Program-made: the position numbers and the translations under genes
Notes under the pieces: generated by a model
What the model was told of the DNA's origin: nothing
Seen by the model: the letters and a program-made list of their open reading frames with translations, nothing else
The model's database searches: none
Shown: one piece after another, positions 1-11,729 of the stretch
How positions within the stretch are numbered: the first letter of the stretch is position 1
Layout of the letters: each line of letters opens with the position of its first letter
Origin: Eledone cirrhosa
Taxonomy: Eukaryota
DNA: 64,000 nt
Assembly: GCA_964016885.1 (NCBI GenBank)
Contig: OZ024742.1
Coordinates: 296,856,001-296,920,000, forward strand
Direction: 5' to 3'

Positions 1-42
1 TATAACTATATACATATATATATGTATGCGTATATGTGTATA

Positions 43-91
<49 letters not shown>

Positions 92-275
92 ATAATAATA
101 AATTTGAAGACTAAAATCCAAAGAGGGTTCGATAAGTGTTTTCGCGTATGCTTGTGTATGTACGTATTTACATGCGTGTATGTATTTATTTAATTTCTAT
201 TACCTCTGTATTGTATTTTATTTACTTTATTCTTAACTCTGAAGCGGAGATTCATTCGGTTTCCTGGTTAGAATT

Positions 276-546
276 TTAGTCTACGACTTCAGCTATACCA
301 TTTACGTGGTTTTGTCTTTGCGTGCAATTGTTCTCCACGCTCCACATATGACGTATTATCATCGTTTTTTCCGTTCATTGCCAGAGAACGTCTCTATGAA
401 CCACCTAAGAGAACATTAGTCTACGACTTCTTTTATACCATAAACGTGGTTCTGTCTTTGCGTGTAATTGTTTTTCACCGTTCCTATTAATGACGTATTA
501 TCTTCGTTTTCTCTCGTTCTTTGCCAGGGAACGTTTCCACGAACCA
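276..546. repeat. Diverged ~140-bp tandem duplication
   Basis: TTAGTCTACGACTTC...ACGTGGTT.TGTCTTTGCGTG...ATGACGTATTATC...GAACCA occurs at 276-403 and 416-546, inside a block bounded by (TA)n tracts. Confidence 0.8.
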
Positions 547-687
547 AAGTATCGTCTTCCTGTCTTCCTCCGGTTGCAACGTTTTTTGAAAATATCCACT
601 TCTGCGTTTACAGATTGACTTTGTTAGTTTCAGAAGATCCCGTTAAGGGTGAAGGCAGCAATTCTTTGCTTAAACTTTAATCTGTTA

Positions 688-723
<36 letters not shown>

Positions 724-876
724 AAAAAATGGGGAGAAGAATACTGCAGGTTGCACATGGATAACATGTTATAAAATGAGTCCCTCATCAGTGATTTGCC
801 AACGATCATAGATATTTCATTGCATTAAAAATCATATACCTCACGTTGGTGCAATAATAACTAAATCAAGTTATGT

Positions 877-911
<35 letters not shown>

Positions 912-1959
912 TACTTTGGTTTTCACTTCAATTTATTATAAATTACCACAGCAGAGGTCCGGCGAGCTTTTGATTCCAGAGTCGGGCCAGATCAATACAA
1001 AACAAACCTTGAGCTGATCAATAGTGAAATGTGCATCACAACTCAATAAACATAATGAAGACATAACAAATCGTTCTTTTATTGTTATATTGACACTCTG
1101 TTTAGCTCTACACCTCATTACAGACATGAATCTATGCATCGAGTGCTCACCTGGGTGAACCTACACTTTACACCCCCTATAAATATATATACGTAACCCA
1201 TGCTAGCGTGGAAGATAGACGTTAAACGATGATGATGATGACATATATGTGTGTGTGTATATATGTATATATATATGTGTATGTATGTATAATTTTATTT
1301 TATTAGGTTCTAATATCAATAAATTAATAATAATGATAATAAGATTGAATGGAGAAAATTTTATTTTGTGGATCTTTTTTCTTTAATGATAATTTCAATT
1401 TCATTTTTTCCTCTTATCATTTATATATATTTTCCAATTATCCAAGATCTCCTCCTTCTACCTCCTCCTATTCATCCTTGTCCCACTCTTTCTCTTCCCT
1501 ATTACCCCTCTCTTCTGTCTCCTCCCTATCATCATAACAACCATAGGATTAAGAGAATCTATAGTGTTGCTAGCATGGTTTAGATTGGTTTTCAATATAA
1601 TATATTTTCCATGCATCTTGATCAAATACATCTCCTCTGTAAAGCTTAATAGTTTCCTGTTTAATTTAAGTAATTCATCTCAAACAAAAATTTACTAGCT
1701 AAGTAATTGATAAAAGAATATCCAATATAATATTAAAGATATATATTCATATCATTCAATCTTCTATGAACGGTATATATTTGTATCATTTAATGGCTGA
1801 GTGGTTACATTGTATATTGCGTTAGTAATGATTTTTATAATAATTTTCACCAACCCTTTTTACAATGTGAACTTGGTACATTTTATCATGACACTAATAC
1901 TAGAGAGGTTATCTGGCTGGATGTATAGGTTCTCTCTACCCTGTTTCTGTGATTGCAAA

Positions 1960-2352
1960 GGACATGCATTGACAGGAGAGAAATGAAGCAACTATGTTTC
2001 GTTGGATGTGCAATGTAAATGTGAGAGAAAGGCAGAAATTGGATGAGCTGAGAGAGAAGCTGGGCTTAAGGGAATCCAGGATGGTGTGCAGGAGAGAATA
2101 CTGCATTGGTTTGGACATGTGATGTTCATGGACGATGACTGATGGGTGATGAAATGCCAGGAAATCCCAGTGGAAGGAAGTCACAATAGAGGATGATCAA
2201 GAAAGACCTAGACAGAGATTGTGAGAACAGACCTCAAATTGCTAAGAGATGACGACGAAGGAATGCAACAAGTGGAGAGATGCCATGCTGAGAAAGACCA
2301 ATCTCACCAATGCGAGTTTGGAAAAGCAAACGTAAAAACGATGATGATGATG
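1960..2352 (+). mobile_element. Old RTE LINE 3' fragment (family C-like)
   Basis: Degenerate ERNEA..RWMCN..LREKLG..WFGHVM..TDL coding remnant ending in CGTAAAAAC plus (GAT)n tail. Confidence 0.75.
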
Positions 2353-2954
2353 AGTGACAGCTCTCCTAGACGGATTGCCATCACTATAGGTTAGGCAGCC
2401 CGTATCTATATATGTGGCAGTGAATTGGTAGTCATTAGAACATCACAGAGAATGCTTTGTGGTAAATGCTTCAGCTCTCTACACCCTGAATTCAAATCCT
2501 GCTAATGTCTACATTACTTTTTATCCTTGGTTGGTAAAAAGAAATGTGCCAGTCCATTACTGGGTTCAAATCTTCCTTTATATCTTGTTTTCACCTCATC
2601 TCTCACATTTTTTCTCCTTCTTTGAGAAAATCAGCTCCATGACACCATCAAGAATTACAAGTCCATATATATATATATAAAGTGAAGGGAAAACTGCACA
2701 GAAGTATATTTAAAGTTTATTTTTCTTTAATCTGACAATGAATAATTTCCTATTTATTGCATTAAATATAACAGGTTTCAATCGGTATAACATTCACTTT
2801 TTAACTATAACCTTTGTTTTGTATTTGTATGGAATGTTATCCCCATCTTTCAACTATATATATATATAAGCAGAAGGAATATTCAATTTGTTGTAATTCA
2901 ATAAATATAAATGTTTATAACTGATTCAGAGCACTCAACAGATTTTTCTGGAGT

Positions 2955-3239
2955 ATGATATTAAATAAATGGAAACTATATTTATAAAACCATATTTATT
3001 CTATTATATATATTTCAAGGGTACCAAAACTTTGGTATGCTTTCATCAGATAAAATACGAAGTGTGTTTCATAAATTTTGACATAACCGGTAAGGTATTT
3101 TTCTTGGTTTTGTTAAAATTTATGAAACACACTTTGTATTTTATCTGATGAAAGCATACCAAAGTTTTGGTACCCTTGACATATATATAATAGAATAAAT
3201 ATGGTTTTATAAATATAGTTTCCATTTATTTAATATCAT
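2955..3239. repeat. Long inverted repeat, ~129-bp arms and 27-nt spacer, Penelope pLTR-like
   Basis: 2955-3083 is the reverse complement of 3111-3239 with only a few mismatches; TA-rich flanks; each arm carries a hammerhead core. Confidence 0.9.
2997..3057 (-). ncRNA. Minimal type I hammerhead ribozyme motif
   Basis: Minus strand reads TATTTTAT-CTGATGA-AAGCATACCAAAGTTTTGGTACCCTT-GAAA-TATATA-TA-ATAGAATA. Stem I is 8 bp (one G-U); stem II is AAG/CTT plus TACCAA/TTGGTA; stem III is palindromic. Confidence 0.75.
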
Positions 3240-3287
3240 TGTATATATATACACACACACACATACATAATATATATATATATATAT

Positions 3288-3632
3288 GGAGGCACATGGC
3301 TTAGTGGTTAGAGCATTGGCCTTGCAATCGAAAGGTTGTGAGTTCAATTCTCAGACCGGGTGATGTGTTGTTTCCTTGAACAAGACACTTTATTTCACAT
3401 TGTTCCAGTTTACTCAGATGTAGAAATGAGATGATACGGACCCCAGTCCCTATCATTCCACTGCAAAGTGGTCGTGGAGGTGCCACGGCAAAAAAGCACC
3501 CAGCACTCACTGTAAAGGAGGTTGATGTTAGGAAGGGCATCCAGCTGTAGAAATCAAGCCAGAATCAGTTCCCGTCCCACCCTTGCAAGCAGGGAAAAGC
3601 GGACGTAAAAAATGAAATAAAAATGAAATGAA
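3288..3632 (+). mobile_element. tRNA-derived SINE with CORE-like body and RTE-derived 3' tail
   Basis: A box TGGCTTAGTGG 3297-3307, B box GTTCAATTC 3342-3350, CCTTGAACAAGACACTT core-like motif; 3' half matches RTE family B 3' UTR, end matches family C tail. Confidence 0.9.
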
Positions 3633-4176
3633 TATATACATTAACATGCTCTCTCTCTTGTTATTCCTATCCTATCTCCATTACTCCATCTTTCACACCC
3701 TTTTCCCATACACCCTGGTTTTTCTGTCACTGACCAATCTTTTATCCTCACTCTTAGTTTTGTGGCCTTGAATGAATGGCGACAATGTTCAGTTTAATCC
3801 TACAGTTTATAAGGCAACGTCACTATACATTCTGGAAAGCATTTGGAAAATAAGGAGATCTCAGGTTTCTTTTAGGGTCAAGAAGAAGACATTTTAATCC
3901 TGCCAAGAACATAGCAACATCTCTAGAGTTGGTGCTATTATAAAAAGCACCCAGTATGGGCTGTAAGATGGTTGATGTTAAGAAGGGTATCTGGTTGCAA
4001 AAACTATATTTTAATGGAATCTGTATGTGAGACAGTAACTCCAAATAAGATCTGACTTTGACTATAACAATCTACAATCTGTCCAACCCATGCCTGCATG
4101 GTAAACAGAAGTAAAATGATGATGAAAAGAATGGTGATGATGTTGGTGGTTGTAGATGTGGTGTTGGTGTCATTGG

Positions 4177-4207
<31 letters not shown>

Positions 4208-4833
4208 GGTGATGATAATAATTATGAAGTTCATCATGTTATTCCACCTGTCAGAATTTCTAACTGCTGTCATGTTAAAGATTTATTAACATTTACACTT
4301 TATATAGCATCATATTTCAAACTGCAGATATGATTACAAATTGTATTCCTGTTTCATCCCATGATATTTTTCTTGATCAATATATTAAAATGACATTTCA
4401 AATGCTTCTTTTTGTATAATTTCTAATATTTTCTTTTAAGAATCAATTGAAATCAGTCTTTATTCTTTGGGTAATGCATACGATTAGGGTGTGGGACGCA
4501 ATATCATAAGGTCATGGGTTCAATTCCTGGACTTACCTGGCAAAACAACATCAAAACCTCCTATGAGATGCAACCTTGTAGGATGCTGGTTAAATCTTTG
4601 TTGATGTGAGCTGTAAATTTCATTTCATATTTTTTTCTAATACACCATGTCTTCAGAAACTGAATTCCTAATTTTTCTTGCTTTAACTCTTTTGTTATCA
4701 ACAGGCTTGATGGAGCAAAATTACCTATTATAAAGGTTCATATTTGAATTAAATTCTTCCAGCTTAAATTTATATAAGAACCATATGTTAAATTACAATC
4801 TTAGTAATGAAATAATTAATGGATTGTTATACA

Positions 4834-4978
4834 GGCACAAGGCCAGCAATTTTTGGGGAGGCGAAAGTCGATTAAATCAACGCCAGTACATGACTGGTAT
4901 TTTATTTTATCGACCCTGTAAGGATGAAAGGCAAAGTTAACCTTAGCGGGATTTGAACTCAGATCATAACGGGCCGTA
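4834..4978 (-). mobile_element. Older Deu/Nin-domain-like SINE fragment
   Basis: TTTTATCGACCCTGTAAGGATGAAAGGCAAAG and GGATTTGAACTC (reverse B box). Confidence 0.75.
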
Positions 4979-5036
4979 ATCACAAAAGAATTGAGTTCTG
5001 TAAAACTCTACAAATGCTATTCATTCTTCTCCACCT

Positions 5037-5900
5037 CATTCTTCTTCTTCTTCTTCTTCTTCTTCTTCTTCTTCTTCTTCTTCTTCATCACCCACTTATT
5101 CCTGAGAGGGTCATGAGAGCAGAGTCCTCAAAACTCCTTCAGCGGTTCCTTTCAGAAGCAACTGTCTCTAACTGATCCGACTGGATCCCCAAGCAAGACC
5201 ATCTAAGCTCATGGATATTATTCAACCATCTTGCTTGGGATGTACCCATGGTCTCCTGCCAGTTGGTTTTGTTAGTAAAATCTGTCCAGCGATTCTTTCC
5301 TAAGAAAGTCTAATTACATGCCCATAGTATTGGAGCTGTAATCTCTCAATTCAGAGAAATAGCAACTCTATATGAAGTGACCCTCTGATCTCTGAGCTAC
5401 GCAATCTATTGAGTAACATTATTCCAAAGAGCTTTCAGAGGAACTCCATTTGAGCTGCTTGTGTCCTTGATCATATTCTTTCAGTCATTACTCAAGATTC
5501 ATGACCATAAGCAAGAGTTGGCACAAATACTGAATTGAAGATATCGAGATGGGCTTTTACACCTACTTGCCTTCTTTTGACTAACGAATGCTGAAACTGG
5601 TACATTGATGGATTGGTAGTATCGGTAGAGGGTTGGACGCCATATTGATGCATAGAGTTACGGCCCTTGCCATTCTGAGTTAAAATCCCGCCGAGGTTAA
5701 CTTTGCCTTTCATCCTTACGGGGTCGATAAAATAAAGTACCAGTAATACACCGGGTAATTGCTGGCCTTGTGCCAAAAGTAGAAACAATTATGAATGCCC
5801 CAGCTGTGGCAATTCTTGCACATAATTCAGCCTCCTGTCTTCCATAACTGAATTAATAAAATACACTGCAAGAATTGCAGGAGCTGGTGCAGAAATGTTC
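5037..5900 (-). mobile_element. Degenerate RTE (Expander/Rex3-like) 3' fragment with (GAA)n tail, interrupted by a SINE
   Basis: Minus-strand remnant ARIATAGAF|YQFQHSLVKRR..VFVPTLAYGHES..YYGHVIRL..PTGRRP; (CTT)n at 5040-5087. Confidence 0.75.
5610..5787 (+). mobile_element. tRNA-derived Deu/Nin-domain-like SINE
   Basis: TGGTAGTATCGG head, GAGTTAAAATCC B-box variant, GCCTTTCATCCTTACGGGGTCGATAAAATAAAGTACCAG, ends AGTAGAAACA. Confidence 0.9.
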
Positions 5901-5916
5901 CAGCTTCAGCATTCGG

Positions 5917-6686
5917 TGATCATCATCATCATTATCATCACAGTTTTACGTCCGTTCTTCCACGCTAGCATGTGTTAGACGGGTTGTCCTGTTGAGGGCA
6001 GTGTCTGGTTGGCTGACCATGCCTTGCTCATACAGGAACTGATTTGGCTTGATTTCTACAGCTGGATGCCCTTCCTAACACCAACCTCATTTACAGTGAG
6101 TGCTGGCTGCTTTTTCGTGGCGCCTACACGTCCACTTTACAGTGTGGGCTGGGTGCTTTTTTGCCGTGGCACTTCCGCGGCCACCTTGGGGTGTGGGGGC
6201 ATATTGTCTATATGCTTCAGCTTGTACCCATGGGAGGTCGGGTACTCTGTATTACTGCGTGATGCCAGAGGTCACGGTCGTGTGTCATCGCCTTTGAGAG
6301 GTGTAATTGGGTAAGGTCGGCTTTTATCACCTCATCCCAGGTCTTCTTGGGTCTCCCCACTCCGCGGTTTCCATCGACTTCTAGTGCTCTGCACCTTTTT
6401 ATGCAGCTGTCATCCTTCATACGCATCACATGTCCATACCAGCGCAACCGCCTCTCCTGCACACAGCACTTGATTCCTCTTATGCTCAGTCTCTCTCTCA
6501 ATTCATTTATGCTTTGTCGTTCACGTATATTACTGTTACACATCCATCGGAGCATGCAGGCTTTGTTTCTCTCTAATCTACGTAAGTCTTCCACCTTCAG
6601 CGCCCAGGTCTCACTACCATGCAACATCGCTGTTCGGATACACGCATCATACAGTCTGCCTTTCATTTTGAGGGAGAAGCCTTTTG
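5917..6686 (-). mobile_element. RTE family B, 5'-truncated
   Basis: ORF 6217-6693 (KGRLYDACIRTAMLHGSETW...GRPKKTWDEVIKADL), 3' UTR and (GAT)n tail. Confidence 0.92.
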
Positions 6687-7330
6687 TATTCATTTCAAAT
6701 TAATTATTTATGAAAAGGCGATTGGAAAAAATTTTAAGTTGGAGTAAAACTTCAGTCATTGATCACAAGATCTGTACACAATTAACTTTGATTGATCTCA
6801 AAAAATATATATGATATTGTATTGTATCATATAACCAGATCAATGAAAACTAGTCAATACTTGATACTGTGAATAATTTACTTTTATTTATTTCATGGAA
6901 AAATATTTGTGAATAACCAATATCTATATTTACTGTGTATATCTTGGTGTGACACATGGCTTAGTGGTTATCCCAGTGAGTGTAGAAAAATACATTTTAT
7001 TTCACCTTGCTCTAATCTATTTAGCTATCAAAAATCAGTTTTGTTGTACTGTTTGCCATGCTGAATATTTCTGGGAACTACCTTAATGATGCATATGTCT
7101 GTAGAATTCTAAGCACATTAAATTCATGAGCAGTCTACTCTATTCTTACAATTACTTGAGCCCTCGGCCAATACCTGTGAGATGATTAATGTTAAGAAGG
7201 GCATCTAACCATAGAAATCAGATGAGATCTCTACAACATGCCTAATTTTCATCTGTAACAACCCATCCAACCCATACTAGTATAGGTGGACATAAAATGC
7301 TACTGTTGCTGCTGATGATGATGCTGATCC

Positions 7331-8930
7331 TTGTCTTACTGTATATCCTTGTCTCATTGTGTATCCTTTTCTACTGATAATCTGGGTCTTACTGTATATC
7401 ATGGTCTTACTGTATATTCTTGTCTTATTGTGTATCCTTTTCTACTGTATATCTGGGTCTTACAGTATATCTGGGTCTTACTGTATATCTGGGTCTTACA
7501 GTATATCTGGGTCTTACAGTATATCTGGGTCTTACAGTATATCTGGGTCTTACAGTATATCTGGGTCTTACTGTATATCTGGGTCTTACTGTATATCTGG
7601 GTCTTACTGTATACCTGGGTCTTACTGTATATCTGGGTCTTACAGTATACCTGGGTCTTACTGTATATCTGGGTCTTACTGTATATCTGGGTCTTACTGT
7701 ATATCTGGGTCTTACAGTATATCTGGGTCTTACTGTATATCTGTGTCTTACTGTATATCTGGGTCTTACAGTATATCTGGGTCTTACAGTATATCTGGGT
7801 CTTACAGTATATCTGGGTCTTACTGTATATCTGTGTCTTACTGTATATCTGTGTCTTACTGTATATCTGGGTCTTACTGTATATCTGGGTCTTACTGTAT
7901 ACCTGGGTCTTACTGTATATCTGGGTCTTACAGTATACCTGGGTCTTACTGTATATCTGGGTCTTACTGTATATCTGGGTCTTACTGTATATCTGGGTCT
8001 TACAGTATATCTGGGTCTTACTGTATATCTGTGTCTTACAGTATATCTGGGTCTTACTGTATATCTGGGTCTTACTGTATATCTGGGTCTTACAGTATAT
8101 CTGGGTCTTACTGTATACCTGAGTCTTACTGTATACCTGGGTCTTACTGTATATCTGGGTCTTACTGTATATCTGGGTCTTACAGTATATCTGGGTCTTA
8201 CTGTATATCTGTGTCTTACAGTATATCTGGGTCTTACTGTATATCTGGGTCTTACTGTATATCTGGGTCTTACAGTATATCTGGGTCTTACAGTATATCT
8301 GGGTCTTACAGTATATCTGGGTCTTACTGTATATCTGGGTCTTACTGTATATCTGGGTCTTACAGTATATCTGGGTCTTACTGTATATCTGTGTCTTACT
8401 GTATATCTGTGTCTTACTGTATATCTGGGTCTTACTGTATATCTGGGTCTTACTGTATATCTGGGTCTTACTATATATCTGGGTCTTACTGTATATCATG
8501 GTCTTACTGTATATTCTTGTCTTATTGTGTATCCTTTTCTACTGTATATCTGGGTCTTACAGTATATCTGGGTCTTACTGTATATCTGGGTCTTACAGTA
8601 TATCTGGGTCTTACTGTATACCTGAGTCTTACTGTATACCTGGGTCTTACTGTATATCTGGGTCTTACTGTATATCTGGGTCTTACTGTATACCTGGGTC
8701 TTACTATATATCTGGGTCTTACTGTATACCTGGGTCTTACTGTATATCTGGGTCTTACTGTATACCTGAGTCTTACTGTATATCTATGTCTTACTATATA
8801 TCTGGGTTTTACTGTATATCTGGGTCTTACTGCATATCTGGGTGTCTTACTGCATATCTGGGCCTTACTGTATATCTGGGTCTTACTGTATAACTGCTTC
8901 TTACTGCATATCAAGCTTAATGTGTGTATC
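7331..8930. repeat. 18-bp minisatellite CTGGGTCTTACWGTATAT, roughly 85-90 units
   Basis: Direct tandem units; 6-aa periodic spurious ORFs (YLGLTV, ISGSYC, WVLLYI). Confidence 0.97.
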
Positions 8931-9666
8931 CTTATTTCATTGTGTATATCTTAGTATTACTGTATTACTGTGTATCTACTGTGATTTTAGGATAGATGCA
9001 CCATGTTCCTCTGTGTCATAAGAGATAGCTAAAATGTTAGACACAAGGCATAGCATTTGTCTGTTAAGTACTGCCCCAAAATAGGATTCATCCAACCCAT
9101 GTCAACATGGAAAGCCAGATGTAAAATCATGGTGAAAAACCTTGATGTATGATGATTATTAGTTAGTAGTAAAAGTATTTAAATCTACCCACTTTACTTA
9201 TGTGCAACAGTCTTAAATCTATTTTGAAGTCTTATTGCTTGTGACTGGAATTATATAAGTGCATAGGAACAAGTTACTAGCTCAAGTGCTTCATGATTAT
9301 AGAAGATCTCAAGATCTTTGTTACTGATGAAAACAGATTCCTTCTTTCCCTCTCCATCTTTATTTCTCTTTAACTCTTTACCTCCCTCCCTCTCTCCCCC
9401 TTTCACTTTTTCTCTTTCACACACACATCCAGACTATCAATACTTGTTGTGAAGATGTAAGAATAGAAGTTGACATTTCAAAATGTAACATATAAATGAT
9501 GGAATAAGATAAATGTGTGAAAAGTAAGGAAATAGATATTGAGATCAAATAAAAGAATAAAGAAACCATATATACCTTGGAATCCAAGGTGTAGATAATG
9601 TGTAATCAAATAAAAAGTTGATAGAGATGAAGAAAACTGAATGTCACATTGTGGAGATTTATTTAA

Positions 9667-9918
9667 CCTTTTCGTTACCATATTTCTAATAAAAGACACT
9701 GTCTATGTTTTTCATTCCATTTTGAAAATAGTCATGAATTTAGGAAAATTTAATAAAATAACTTTTAAATTATTAAAGCTGGTATTCGAAGCATATCCAA
9801 ACAAATGTTCTTAGATAAAATTTTATAGGAAAATATTTGATAAATATAAATACCTTAAAATAAGCAGTCTTGTATCACAGAAGCAGGCGCAGTTTCATGT
9901 GGTTTGTTATTAAAAAGG
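9667..9918. mobile_element. piggyBac-type MITE remnant
   Basis: TTAA-CCTTTT...AAAAAGG-TTAA termini; related ends at about 24606, 35823 and 47402. Confidence 0.55.
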
Positions 9919-10639
9919 TTAAAGATAGAAATTATAAATGACAGAAAAATACTTCAAAATTACCAGTAGATATGTAATCCCCAAAACAAGATAAAACCAG
10001 GGTTTCTCTATACAGTCATTCAAACTGCTAGATATAACAGCCAAATATCTCTTAAATTACATGGGACAGCCTTAAAACCAGAAGGCAGTAGTGTGAGATT
10101 GGTTAAACAATGTCCATCTATTCTTTTCTGATACTGTGATTCTTGGATTATACTATCAAATACTTGTTTCTACTTTAGGCACAAGGCCAGCAATTACACA
10201 GTGCATTACTGGTACTTTATTTTATCGACCCCTTACAGCTAAGACCACACCTGGATTTATGATACTGAGTTGTTCTTATAGTATTCATATTTAAATTAAA
10301 GCTTTGTATCAAATGTTTATGTTAGAAACATTTTCTTAAACCCCACTAGCTTAATATTGGGAAAACCATGCATTTTATAAGTAACCCTCCCCACAATCTC
10401 TGATTATTTAAATATTAATTTGAAGCCTTGGAAGAGGAAGGCCAAGAAAGGTGTTGGCAGAAGTGATGAAAGCTGACCTCAAGAAACTATGTATACTTCA
10501 CAAAGGAGGTAACAAAATAGAGAAGCAAGTGGACAGATGATATACTGGTGGAAACCTCTCTAATCTATGCAAACAATGAAAAACTGACAAAAGAAAACAA
10601 TGATGATGAAACAGTATGTTACAAAAGGATGAAATAACT

Positions 10640-10686
10640 TTTGCTCAATTAGGATTGATTTGGAGCTGGGTGACAACAACAAAATA

Positions 10687-10733
<47 letters not shown>

Positions 10734-10876
10734 TATCATCATCATCACCGTTTTACGTCCGTTCTTCCATGCTAGCATGGGTTAGACAGGGGATATATAT
10801 ATATATATATATATATACTATATATATACTATTTTGTTGTTGTCACCCAGCCCCAAATCAATCCTAATTGAGCAAA
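10640..10876. repeat. ~50-bp inverted duplication flanking (TA)n tracts and an RTE tail piece
   Basis: TTTGCTCAATTAGGATTGATTTGGAGCTGGGTGACAACAACAAAATAGTA at 10640-10689 and its reverse complement (one mismatch) at about 10827-10876. Confidence 0.9.
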
Positions 10877-10912
10877 GCTACAATCAGTAATTTCAAACTT
10901 TATATATATATC

Positions 10913-11716
10913 TTCAGCGAGCTACTGCCACTGCTAGCCGCAAAAGGCTGTTCCCTCAAAATGAAAGGCAGACTGGATGATGCATGTATACAAACAGCAA
11001 TGTTACATGGTAGTGAGACCTGGGCCCTGTCTGTGGAAAACTTGTGTAGATTAGCAAGAAATGAAGCCTTCATGCTCCGATGGATGTGTAATAGTAATAT
11101 ACATGAACAGCAAAGCATAAATGAATTCAGAGAGAGACTGAGCATAAGAGGAATCAAATGCTGTGTGCAGGAGAGGCGGTTGCATTGGTATGGACATGTG
11201 ATGCGTATTAAGGATGACAGCTGCATAAAAAGATGCAGAGCACTAGAAGTCGATAGAAACCGCGGAGTGGGGAGACCCAAGAAGACCTGGGATGAGGTGA
11301 TAAAAGCCGACCTTACACAATTACACCTCTCAAAGCCGATGACACATGACCGTGACCTCTGGCATCACGCAGTAATACAGAAGATCCGACCCCCCACGGG
11401 TACATGATGAAGCTGAAGCATATAGACAATATGCCACCACACACTCCAACTGCAAAGTGGTCATGGAGGTGCCACAACAAAAAAACACCCAGCCCACACT
11501 GTAAAGTGGATGTGTAGGAGGCACGGAAAAAAAAGCACCCAGCACTGACTGTAAATGAGGTTGGTGTTAGGAAGGGCATCAAGCTGTAGAAATCAAGCCA
11601 AAATCAGTTCCCGTATGAGCAAGACAAGGTCACCTGACTGGACACTGCCCACAACAGGACAGCCTGTCTAACCCATGCGAGCGTGGAAGAACGGACGTAA
11701 AAATGGTGATAATGAT
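10913..11716 (+). mobile_element. RTE family B, 5'-truncated
   Basis: ORF 10868-11407 encodes the RTE C-terminus; 3' UTR has TTAGGAAGGGCATC and the terminal stem-loop. Confidence 0.92.
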
Positions 11717-11729
11717 ATATATATATATA

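Noticed and set aside
721-800. Hammerhead at minus-strand CTGATGA (also CTGATGA near 9324, 48000 and 62920)
   Set aside because: No matching GAAA...UH with stem I pairing.
3288-3360. tRNA gene (also 15095-15167 and 61782-61850)
   Set aside because: A and B boxes run straight into a SINE body; no proper acceptor stem or terminator.
7331-8954. CRISPR array or long repetitive protein genes (531, 401, 366 aa ORFs)
   Set aside because: No unique spacers and no cas genes; the ORFs arise because the 18-bp unit lacks stops in five frames.
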